From a virus (taxonomy: Duplodnaviria; Caudoviricetes): 46,377 bases of DNA. How positions within the stretch are numbered: position 1 is the stretch's first letter; each line of letters opens with the position of its first letter. The stretch is from positions 1-46,377 of IMG/VR virus record IMGVR_UViG_3300030372_002499. One strand, given 5' to 3'. Below the pieces are notes generated by a model that worked only from the letters and a program-made list of their open reading frames with translations, made no database searches and was not told the origin of the DNA. Shown here piece after piece: positions 38,633-46,341 of this stretch. Position numbers and translations under genes: made by a program.

Positions 38633-39025
38633 TTATTCCCAAGGCATTTTCTCCCAAGGGAAGGATTTGTCACCTTCTGGTAACATCTCCCCGTTATAAT
38701 TAATCATTCCGTCTTTTCTCTCATATATCTCTCCGTTCCATTTGATGTAGTTATCATTATAAGCTAACTTACCAATTTTCATGTCTGTCATGTGGACCAT
38801 TTCGTGTAAAAGCACTTGTTTCTCCTGTGCACTTCCTGGTTTTACTTTATGACTTATAAATATAGATCCATCATTATTAGCCTCACCTAATATACCTTTA
38901 CCAAGATCTTTTCTTAATACAGGTGTTCCAGGTATAGACTCTTCGTTTTGTTTAAATGACAGTTTTGAATTAACCTGTCCTTTATCAAGTATTGGTCCTC
39001 GTGATGATCCTAGTTTAAATGCCAT
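38633..39025 (-). CDS. Small zincin-like metallopeptidase
   Basis: ILGEANNDGSIFI...VLLHEMVH (38792-38806) and a downstream PWE that could supply the third ligand; begins MAFKLG. Confidence 0.7.
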   Translation of the reverse strand: MAFKLGSSRGPILDKGQVNSKLSFKQNEESIPGTPVLRKDLGKGILGEANNDGSIFISHKVKPGSAQEKQVLLHEMVHMTDMKIGKLAYNDNYIKWNGEIYERKDGMINYNGEMLPEGDKSFPWEKMPWE

Positions 39026-39026
39026 A

Positions 39027-39254
39027 TTAATTATTTTTCATTTTATCCTTAATGTAAGCGTCAGGAGAATGCATTTCATCAGTTTTGATTTGATCTTTTG
39101 TAAATCCTAATTTATCACTTTCTTCAACAGTAAGCTCTTTAGATTTTTTATAAGCCTCTACGTTCCCAGATTTTGTCTCTGTTTCTACCGGTCCCGTTTG
39201 TTTCTTTTTTAGAAATTCAGGATATAATGATGGTCCTTTCATTTTATACGTCAT
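39027..39254 (-). CDS. Small protein with leader MTYKMKGPSLY
   Basis: Tightly packed ORF; leader nearly identical to that of 45326..45697. Confidence 0.7.
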   Translation of the reverse strand: MTYKMKGPSLYPEFLKKKQTGPVETETKSGNVEAYKKSKELTVEESDKLGFTKDQIKTDEMHSPDAYIKDKMKNN

Positions 39255-39255
39255 A

Positions 39256-39696
39256 TTACCTATCTTTATCTTTTATCATATCATCTATAGCTTTATTGTA
39301 AACTTTATCTGTATATGATTTATTATTATAAAAAGTACTTCTTTCTGATACTGGTAAATCTTCTTCACCTAACAATACTCTATATATTCTACTTATTAAT
39401 TGAGAACATTTAAATGATGTTTTAAATACCGAGTACTTTATTGTTGTTCTGTTTCTATGTCTCCAGGTTTCTATCCAACCTAATCTTTTTAGTTTCTCCC
39501 AACGGTTCTTGTCCCAACTCATGGTATAAGTACCATCTATAAACTCTTGTCGTGTAAATCTTCCTTTACAATCTAAATAAATTAATAATTCTAAATCTGC
39601 ATCTGTTAACCCGTAAGTCTTACAAGCCCACTTTCTAGTGAGCCTGTAATACTTAAGGATGTTTAATTCACGCAGATCTTGCGCCGTTAATCTCAT
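39256..39696 (-). CDS. Putative winged-helix DNA-binding protein
   Basis: GLTDADLELLIYL...WEKLKRLGWIE...FKTSFK resembles a MarR-type wHTH pattern. Confidence 0.5.
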   Translation of the reverse strand: MRLTAQDLRELNILKYYRLTRKWACKTYGLTDADLELLIYLDCKGRFTRQEFIDGTYTMSWDKNRWEKLKRLGWIETWRHRNRTTIKYSVFKTSFKCSQLISRIYRVLLGEEDLPVSERSTFYNNKSYTDKVYNKAIDDMIKDKDR

Positions 39697-39702
39697 TTAA
39701 GA

Positions 39703-40131
39703 TTAGTCAGCGTTCTCTACATGTAATACAGTAGCTCCACTTACACCAGTGATATCGCTAGTTGGATCTGGCGCAGGTTTGTCAGCATACCCGTCAAAAA
39801 GAGTAATAAACGCATTTCCGTGAGGTTGAGAGTTCATTGCACTAACAATGTTTCTCATTACGGCTTTTTGGCCATACTGAGCACAAGCTAGAACAATAAC
39901 GTCAACGTTGTCACCTTGAACATCGTCTGCATCACCTCCACTTCCAGTAGAAGCTTTAGGAGTAAAGAATAACGACAAAGCATTGTCATCATCAGTTACA
40001 GCGCCTTTTTGATCTGAAGTACCAGAGCACATACCTCTAAGCGCACTTACAGGATATAACGTTGACCCAGTAGCCTCATCATCTTCTGTAGCGGTAGCAG
40101 TTCCTACTCTTACATAAAAATACTTTTCCAT
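39703..40131 (-). CDS. Hypothetical acidic protein (142 aa), possibly structural
   Basis: Clean ORF with A-rich leader; no recognised motif. Confidence 0.6.
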   Translation of the reverse strand: MEKYFYVRVGTATATEDDEATGSTLYPVSALRGMCSGTSDQKGAVTDDDNALSLFFTPKASTGSGGDADDVQGDNVDVIVLACAQYGQKAVMRNIVSAMNSQPHGNAFITLFDGYADKPAPDPTSDITGVSGATVLHVENAD

Positions 40132-40209
40132 TTTTTTGTAATTTTTTTGGTTAATAATTAGGTTAATTGTCTTGTTTTAAGTTTGAGGATTGGGGTTTTT
40201 GGTTTAGGT

Positions 40210-40467
40210 CTAATCTATAAGCACGACGTCCATCTGTTTGATAACGCCGTAAAATTTATCTTTATGCTGGATTCCGTGTCCAGCGTGTTTGTCATAGTAA
40301 ACTACATCACCTTCTTTTATGCCTTCTACTAAGTTACCAATAGATATAACCTTAGCTTTAATATATCTATTGTCTTCGTTTACTTCATCTGTTAAAATTA
40401 GGCCACCTACTTTCTTTGGTCCCTCTTTTATAATTTCTATTATAATGTAATAATTAACTGCTTTCAT
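40210..40467 (-). CDS. groES: Co-chaperonin GroES (Cpn10)
   Basis: KKVGGLILT mobile loop, AKVISIG...IKEGDVVYY, DVVLI; overlaps the groEL stop. Confidence 0.9.
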   Translation of the reverse strand: MKAVNYYIIIEIIKEGPKKVGGLILTDEVNEDNRYIKAKVISIGNLVEGIKEGDVVYYDKHAGHGIQHKDKFYGVIKQMDVVLID

Positions 40468-42022
40468 TTACTCTTATATTAGATATTACACAATTTGCGG
40501 AAATTATAGTAGAAATAACAGACGTTGCGTTCTTTAATGCTGTTTTAGTTACTAACAATGGATCTATAACTCCATGTTCAATCATATCTACTATCTCTCC
40601 ACTAACAACGTCAATACCGGTTCCTTCAACATTAGGTAGTTCATAGTCTTCTATTCCTGCGTTATATAGTATTGTTTCGAATGGTGCCTTAATTGCGTTT
40701 AACAGTATTTTTTCTCCAACATTTTCAGGTTCTATATTCTGAGAAGCGTTGAGTAAAGCAATACCACCACCTGGGACGATACCTTCTTTCAGGGCCGCTT
40801 TTGTAGCGTATATCGCATCCTCAACTCTATCTTTCTTTTCTTTGAGTTCTACTTTTGAATCAGCACCTACTTTTACTATTGCTACAGATCCAGATAATAA
40901 ACTTATTCTTTTTTCTAAAAATCTTTTTAAGAAACCATCTTTTTCTTTGTCTCTTAGTTTAGTAACCTCTTCGATTCTAGCTGTGACATCAACACTAGTG
41001 TCTTGTATTGTAAAAACTGTACTTTTGTCATCTGTAACCACTTTATCAACTTCCCCAAGAATATCTAATGATATACCATCTAAATCGTCCCCTAGTTCTT
41101 CATTTATAACAGTTGCACCAGTTAATATAGCTAAATCCTCTATTGTGTCTCTTTTAGTAGGACCAAAGCCTGGTAAGTCTATTATATTAACTTTAATAGT
41201 GCCTTTGACTTTATTCATTAAAAGCGCTGATTTTACCTGTTGACTAACTGGAGCGACTATAAGTAAAGATCGGTTGTTCTTTATAACAAACTCTAGTATA
41301 TTTTGTATTTTTCTAATATTTGGGATTTCCGATCCAACAATGAGTACTAGAGGATTTTCTAATATAGCCCTCTGTTTGTCTGTATCGGTAACAAAGTGTG
41401 GTGATGTAAGTCCAGATTCTATTTGTACTCCGTCTACTAATTCAACATAAGTATTTTCAGTCTCTGATCCCTCCATCAGAACGACACCATCTTTCCCTAC
41501 TTTTTCATAAGCTTCAGATATAATTGTTCCAAGAGTTAAATCGTTATTACAACTAATAGCGCTAACGTTTTGAAGCATGTCTCCTTTAATCTCGTAAGAA
41601 GCTTCTTTAAGGTATTTATTAACTTTTTTTAATCCTGAGTTAATACCTTCTTTAATTTGTCTAGTTGTTTTACCAACATATTCTTTTTTATTGACCTCTT
41701 TTATTAGTGATTCAGCGAGGACGGTCGCCGTTGTGGTTCCGTCCCCCGCCTCTTTCACTGTGTTTCTAGCAGCCTCTTTAATAAGGGTTGCTCCCATATT
41801 TTCAACCGGGTCAAATAAGACAACAGATTCGGCTACTGTTACACCGTCTTTTGTTATGACCGGGTTGCCTCGTGCGTCTTCATATATTACACATTGTCCT
41901 GAGGCTCCAAGGGTAGATTTAACAGCTTGTGCTAATTTGTCTACCCCTCTAATAATTCTGTCTTTAGCAGAATCGCCAAAGTTTAGATCTTTGACAATCT
42001 CGCTAGGTAGATTGTATTCCAT
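40454..42022 (-). CDS. groEL: Chaperonin GroEL (Cpn60)
   Basis: ITKDGVTVA, AGDGTTTATVLA, EKKDRVEDA, GIVPGGG and GVIDP motifs. Confidence 0.97.
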   Translation of the reverse strand: MEYNLPSEIVKDLNFGDSAKDRIIRGVDKLAQAVKSTLGASGQCVIYEDARGNPVITKDGVTVAESVVLFDPVENMGATLIKEAARNTVKEAGDGTTTATVLAESLIKEVNKKEYVGKTTRQIKEGINSGLKKVNKYLKEASYEIKGDMLQNVSAISCNNDLTLGTIISEAYEKVGKDGVVLMEGSETENTYVELVDGVQIESGLTSPHFVTDTDKQRAILENPLVLIVGSEIPNIRKIQNILEFVIKNNRSLLIVAPVSQQVKSALLMNKVKGTIKVNIIDLPGFGPTKRDTIEDLAILTGATVINEELGDDLDGISLDILGEVDKVVTDDKSTVFTIQDTSVDVTARIEEVTKLRDKEKDGFLKRFLEKRISLLSGSVAIVKVGADSKVELKEKKDRVEDAIYATKAALKEGIVPGGGIALLNASQNIEPENVGEKILLNAIKAPFETILYNAGIEDYELPNVEGTGIDVVSGEIVDMIEHGVIDPLLVTKTALKNATSVISTIISANCVISNIRVNESS

Positions 42023-42048
42023 TTAATTTAATTTAATTGTTGTTGTTT

Positions 42049-42339
42049 TTATTCAAACGTTTTTATAATTTTAGGGCCTTTAATAGACTCTAATTTTTTA
42101 GAGAAATGATCGATACTTCCATTAATTGCGGTTTCGGCACCTTCTATTGTTTCTCTTCTTGTAACAGGGTACCATTCTTCATTTTCAGGATTAGAGCACT
42201 CTGTTTGGTAAAATCCATTAGAAAGCTGTGTAATTCTCCAGTTTTTCTTTTCTGAAAGATGTTTCCAGTTTTTAATAGTTTTTTCATTCGGTTTAGTTGT
42301 GTTCGTGGTATACGAACTTTTGTAATACAAGTAAGTCAT
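42049..42339 (-). CDS. Hypothetical protein (96 aa)
   Basis: Clean ORF upstream of groEL; WRITQLSNGFYQTE. Confidence 0.7.
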   Translation of the reverse strand: MTYLYYKSSYTTNTTKPNEKTIKNWKHLSEKKNWRITQLSNGFYQTECSNPENEEWYPVTRRETIEGAETAINGSIDHFSKKLESIKGPKIIKTFE

Positions 42340-42385
42340 TTTGGTTTTATTTTTTGGTTAATATTACTTGGTTTAGGGTGTTTCC

Positions 42386-43366
42386 CTATTTTTTGGGGAG
42401 AGGTCGGTCAACTAGAGAAGATGGCTTTTTGTAAGCTTTCCCACCTCTTGTAACTTTCTTTTTTAATTCTCTCGAGTCACGGCGCTTCTTCATTTTTTCT
42501 GCCGTTGATGAAGATTTTTTAGTAACTTTTTTATCTGCATATTTCGCTGGAGAATCCTCGTTTTTATTTCTGTTCTTTTCTCTTCTATCTAACTGTCTTT
42601 GGTTACGTTTAACTTTTTGTTTTGCAATAAATCTAGAAATAACAGTTCCAGTTTTCTTGTTATCTCTTCCGCTTTTAATTTCTCCTATTTCTTTTTGAGA
42701 TTTATCTCTTCTGTCTTTAGCGTCAAGCTTTTCATCTGATTTTCTTGGAGATGACTTTATATCTGATTTAGCATTTTTAATTTTATCTTTTTCTATAGAA
42801 ATTTTAGTTTTTTCGTCTTGCTTTTGAGATTCAGTTAAAGTTTTACTTTTGTTAGAACCTAAACCTTTCATTTTAGTTTCCCCGTCTACATCTTTAGTTT
42901 TTCTATCAGGTATAGTATCGTAAACTTTAGAAGATCCAAGATGCTTGTTTATCTTGTTTTGACGTTTTTTCCATTTGTTATCCTCTCTTTTATTCCAAGA
43001 CGGATCTTTAGCCTCCATTTCTTTTTCATACTTTCTTTGGTCTTTAGTAATTTGGTTTAATGTACCACCACTATCTTTCTGTCCTTCAGACCATGTTTTT
43101 GTTCCTCCGTATGCCTTTTCTTTCTTTTTTCGTTCTTCTATATTCTTTGATGTTCTCTCTTCAATTTCAGGCGTCGTGGCTTTAGCTGGAGAAGCTTCAA
43201 TCTTAGCTTTTAAATCCTCTGGTAGATTTTCTTGCTTTCCCACCAAGGCTTTGTCGGCTGGAGAATCTTTGTACATCTTAGCCATAGAGTGTTTTTTCAT
43301 TTTTAAAGCAGACGTATGGCTACTAGTTCCGCTGTGCATTGATTTTCCTGGTAATTTAAATCCCAT
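42386..43366 (-). CDS. Highly basic protein with MGFKL leader and several SPxK motifs
   Basis: MGFKLPG...SALK...SPAD...SPAK...SPRK...SPAK; Lys-rich. Confidence 0.75.
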   Translation of the reverse strand: MGFKLPGKSMHSGTSSHTSALKMKKHSMAKMYKDSPADKALVGKQENLPEDLKAKIEASPAKATTPEIEERTSKNIEERKKKEKAYGGTKTWSEGQKDSGGTLNQITKDQRKYEKEMEAKDPSWNKREDNKWKKRQNKINKHLGSSKVYDTIPDRKTKDVDGETKMKGLGSNKSKTLTESQKQDEKTKISIEKDKIKNAKSDIKSSPRKSDEKLDAKDRRDKSQKEIGEIKSGRDNKKTGTVISRFIAKQKVKRNQRQLDRREKNRNKNEDSPAKYADKKVTKKSSSTAEKMKKRRDSRELKKKVTRGGKAYKKPSSLVDRPLPKK

Positions 43367-43393
43367 TGTTTTTAGTTTTTTATGTTTAATTAA

Positions 43394-44062
43394 TTAATTA
43401 TCTCTTTCCCAATCTGAATACACTTTATCTTGCCACACCCCATCTACTTGTTTTTGTGTCCAAGTTCTACTTTCTCCGTATTCAGACGTGCTTGTACCGT
43501 GTTTCCTATTCCATTCTATTGCGGCTTTTTCGTATTCTTCAAAGCTAGCATATTTACCACTTGTTCTAACGCCGTCGTTGTCCATATCCCAAGATTCTCG
43601 ATATGTTGGGAGGGATTCTTTATTTCTTCTTGTTTCAGTTCCCGATCTTTCTTTATCGTTTTCTTTTATCTTATCGTTTTCGTTTTTAACGTTATTTGTG
43701 TTGGTGTTGATATTTTTGTTTATATTTGTATTTGTACCACCCGCAGTACTTATATAATTATTGTTATGAATAACTATATTACCATCTTTATCATAAGAAT
43801 ACGGCTTGTTAGAAGTAGTATCACCCCCTCCTGTTCCACCACCTTTTGGAGCATCAGGTTTTTCTCTAGGTTTGAAACGCGTATGTACGTTATATCCACC
43901 AGGATTTTTACGACCCCCAGACTTTTTGTAACCACCTCTACCTTTATAACCACTTACTACACCTTTACCGGTTTTCTTAGCGGTAACTTTTCTAGCGGCC
44001 TTTCCTCCTCTTTTTTTTAACGGTGATACACCACCTATAATTTCTTCATTCATATTATTCAT
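43394..44062 (-). CDS. Basic low-complexity protein with N-terminal SPLK
   Basis: GVSPLKKRGGK, then G/K-rich and Asn-rich segments; overlaps the upstream gene by 8 nt. Confidence 0.7.
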   Translation of the reverse strand: MNNMNEEIIGGVSPLKKRGGKAARKVTAKKTGKGVVSGYKGRGGYKKSGGRKNPGGYNVHTRFKPREKPDAPKGGGTGGGDTTSNKPYSYDKDGNIVIHNNNYISTAGGTNTNINKNINTNTNNVKNENDKIKENDKERSGTETRRNKESLPTYRESWDMDNDGVRTSGKYASFEEYEKAAIEWNRKHGTSTSEYGESRTWTQKQVDGVWQDKVYSDWERDN

Positions 44063-44726
44063 TTATATTGGTGTTCTCGTTTACGTTCTCGTTTACGTTC
44101 TCATTATCTTCAGAACCGCTACTTATTTTCAAATCTTGACCAGAAATTATTTTATTCTTATCTTTTATGTGGGGATTTAACTTCATTAGTTCTTCTACAG
44201 TGGTATTGTTAGCAGATGCTATCTTACTTAAAGTATCTCCACTTTGTATAGTGTACGAAGTGCTTTTACTGTCGTCATTAGTATTAATTACATTTTTATT
44301 TGTAATTTTAACATTATCTGTATCTGTATCTATAGCATCGTCTACAATTTCTTCAGGAGATTTAGTAGATTCTTCAGTTTTCATACCGTAATTTATTTTA
44401 GGATATTCTCTTTTTCCACCATAAACCCCTTGAATACCACCAGAAAGTAAAGTAGTTGCAGTTTTTAACGCTTTTACCCAAGGTTTATCAGCTCTTTGAG
44501 CTTCTCCACCTTTTTCGTTTGTTTTATCAGTTGTTTCTTGGTTGTTATTTTGTGTGTTTTCGGTATTATTTGTATTTTTCTCGTTTTTGTACGGAGAAGC
44601 GCCTTTTCCGATGCCAAAATTATTCATATTAGCTGGAGAACCGCTACCCATCATTTTAAAAGCCGGTTTATTACCTGATTTTAACGTAAATTTTGCTCCT
44701 TTTTTATAATTTCCTATTCCTGCCAT
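44055..44726 (-). CDS. LysM-domain protein with FKM/SPxK leader
   Basis: YTIQSGDTLSKIASANNTTVEELMKLNPHIKDKNKIISGQDLKI is a canonical LysM (~44125-44256); N-terminus has AFKMMGSGSPAN...SPYK. Confidence 0.85.
   Translation of the reverse strand: MAGIGNYKKGAKFTLKSGNKPAFKMMGSGSPANMNNFGIGKGASPYKNEKNTNNTENTQNNNQETTDKTNEKGGEAQRADKPWVKALKTATTLLSGGIQGVYGGKREYPKINYGMKTEESTKSPEEIVDDAIDTDTDNVKITNKNVINTNDDSKSTSYTIQSGDTLSKIASANNTTVEELMKLNPHIKDKNKIISGQDLKISSGSEDNENVNENVNENTNINE
44073..44105. repeat. 12-bp tandem repeat encoding NENV
   Basis: gttctcgtttac twice plus a partial copy. Confidence 0.75.
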
Positions 44727-44739
44727 AGTTTTATTTGTT

Positions 44740-45087
44740 TTATTCTTCTGAGTAACCCATTGATTCTCTTTCTTTTGCCTCTAAAGCTTCTGCAGCAAGT
44801 CTAGTTTTATTCTCTTCGTCTAACATCGCTGCTTCTTCCTCTTTTTCTGCTTGTCCACCCATAATACCACCGGCAGCACCACCAAGCACACCTCCAATTG
44901 CAGCACCCCAAGGGCCAAATTTAGATCCCATCGCAGCTCCTTTAGCAGCTCCACCTGCAGCTTGTCCCCAAGAAAACTTTTTATTTGGAGAATCTCCTGA
45001 CTCAGCGAAAGAAGATCCAAGTTCTCTAAATTTTGGGGCCGCACCCCTCTTCATTTGATATCCGTCTGATTTTTTAAAATTTGGCAT
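44740..45087 (-). CDS. Glycine-zipper protein with basic leader
   Basis: ...SPNKKF then SWGQAAGGAAKGAAMGSKFGPWGAAIGGVLGGAAGGIMGG, then an acidic helix. Confidence 0.75.
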   Translation of the reverse strand: MPNFKKSDGYQMKRGAAPKFRELGSSFAESGDSPNKKFSWGQAAGGAAKGAAMGSKFGPWGAAIGGVLGGAAGGIMGGQAEKEEEAAMLDEENKTRLAAEALEAKERESMGYSEE

Positions 45088-45089
45088 AA

Positions 45090-45326
45090 TTATGTTTTTA
45101 CTTCGTTTCTATCATGTGTAGCTCTATTATAAGCTATCGATGTTCTTCTTGTTGTTCCTGACGATGTGTGATGTATATCTGAGTCTGATTTTTGACCAAT
45201 TCTTTGATTCTCTGCTTTTCTATTTTTTCTTTTAGTGGTCATAGCCGCAGCTTTGTCTCTTGCTCGTTTAGCTCTTAAAGCTGTTGGACTAAGTCCTTGT
45301 GAGTTACCTAGTCGTTTTTCGGCCAT
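45090..45326 (-). CDS. Small basic protein with a minimal HNH-like motif
   Basis: DIHH...TSIAYNRA pattern after an Arg/Lys-rich helix. Confidence 0.5.
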   Translation of the reverse strand: MAEKRLGNSQGLSPTALRAKRARDKAAAMTTKRKNRKAENQRIGQKSDSDIHHTSSGTTRRTSIAYNRATHDRNEVKT

Positions 45327-45697
45327 TATTTTCCTTTAATAAGTTTATTTTTTTTATCTTTATACTCTCCAGTAGTTTGAGCATCTTTAGTAGCCTTTTG
45401 AACTTCATCTTTTGTTTTAGTGTGATATTTTTTACCTTTCCATGTAAATTCTTTTTCTCCATGTTTTTTAGCCTTACTAAACATTTCGTCAAAACTTTCT
45501 TTACCTGAAACACCATAACCCATTTTTTTGCCTGGACTTCGCTGTAATATTGAGTCAATGTACTCTACGCCATCTCTTGTTTCTTTGATGCCGAATTTAA
45601 TATCTTTACCTTTTGATGCTTCCAAACCTTTTTCAGCATGTTTCTTAGCCTTGCTATATAAAGAAGGTCCTTCCATCTTGAATGGTGTATATCCCAT
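45326..45697 (-). CDS. Small basic protein with leader MGYTPFKMEGPSLY
   Basis: First gene of the minus-strand block; internal duplication SKAKKHAEK / SKAKKHGEK and a FTWKGKKYHT motif. Confidence 0.75.
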   Translation of the reverse strand: MGYTPFKMEGPSLYSKAKKHAEKGLEASKGKDIKFGIKETRDGVEYIDSILQRSPGKKMGYGVSGKESFDEMFSKAKKHGEKEFTWKGKKYHTKTKDEVQKATKDAQTTGEYKDKKNKLIKGK

Positions 45698-45763
45698 AAT
45701 TTCTTGTTTTTGCGTTATTAGTTACACTAATAATTACATAGAAAAAATATTATTTACATAAAG

Positions 45764-45811
45764 TGTGACACTAGCTAGTTACTATATTCTTATTAATAGG
45801 CTTATGTCACA
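45764..45811. repeat. Inverted repeat TGTGACA-N34-TGTCACA in the divergent intergenic region
   Basis: Arms at 45764-45770 and 45805-45811. Confidence 0.55.
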
Positions 45812-46048
45812 AAAAAAAAGTTGTTATAAATATTGGGGTGGGATGTTGCTCCCTCTCCTCCCCTCCCCTTCCGTATATAAAAAGTCCAATCTAAAATGGG
45901 CCCTCCCCATTCATTATATTTATTCCGTTATATTCCCTCTACCCACTATATTTAATTCCTCTCACTACTCTCTCATCTCTTCATTCGTCTCTGTCTATAA
46001 TTATTTCACCTTTTCCTCCTCCAATTCTATTCATTTACATAGTTAATA

Positions 46049-46070
46049 CGACTATGTTTAGATAATATAA
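46049..46070 (+). promoter_or_regulatory. Putative phage promoter motif CGACT-N5-TAGATAATATAA, copy 1
   Basis: About 40 nt upstream of the plus-strand ORF at 46112; 19/22 identical to the copy at 46320. Confidence 0.55.
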
Positions 46071-46111
46071 TTGAATAACAAATAAATATTAATCATATAA
46101 ATTAAATTACT

Positions 46112-46336
46112 ATGTCAAACTCTACAAACAAACTAACTACTAAAAGATTCGTCATTCGTCAATCACTAATCGGAACTAATACTATCATTACATTCGTCAC
46201 TAAGAAAGGTAAGACAGTAACATACAATCACGACGAAGTATATACTCGTAACAAAGATAGATTCGATAACATGAACTGTTTCAAGAAATATAAATCATAT
46301 ACTAATTCAAATAATATTCCGACTTTCTGTAGATAA
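46112..46336 (+). CDS. Hypothetical protein, first gene of the divergent (probably early) block
   Basis: A-rich leader AAATTAAATTACT-ATG; lies in otherwise unoccupied sequence, so it is not a shadow ORF. Confidence 0.7.
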   Translation: MSNSTNKLTTKRFVIRQSLIGTNTIITFVTKKGKTVTYNHDEVYTRNKDRFDNMNCFKKYKSYTNSNNIPTFCR

Positions 46337-46341
46337 TATAA
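46320..46341 (+). promoter_or_regulatory. Putative phage promoter motif CGACT-N5-TAGATAATATAA, copy 2
   Basis: Overlaps the end of the 74-aa ORF; same spacing as copy 1. Confidence 0.55.

Noticed and set aside
38620-38673. N-terminal extension MTNPSLGRKCLGNKKKQI of the ORF-track call
   Set aside because: Overlaps the peptidase gene; the ATG at 38619 has an A-rich leader and yields the shared MGYKMKG start.
45304-45558. 84-aa minus-strand alternative-frame ORF (also similar nested ORFs at 18986, 22151, 25724, 30272, 34573, 34969, 44820)
   Set aside because: Nested within better-supported genes on the same strand, with no motif or start context; no frameshift signal was recognised.
1805-45761. 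Numerous plus-strand ORFs of 60-200 aa (e.g. 2347, 7384, 30754, 40749, 43430)
   Set aside because: All lie antisense to long, well-supported minus-strand genes and have the F/S/L/I-rich composition of shadow frames.
45765-46046. 93-aa plus-strand ORF
   Set aside because: Spans the low-complexity pyrimidine tract, has a GTG start and an implausible composition; treated as non-coding.
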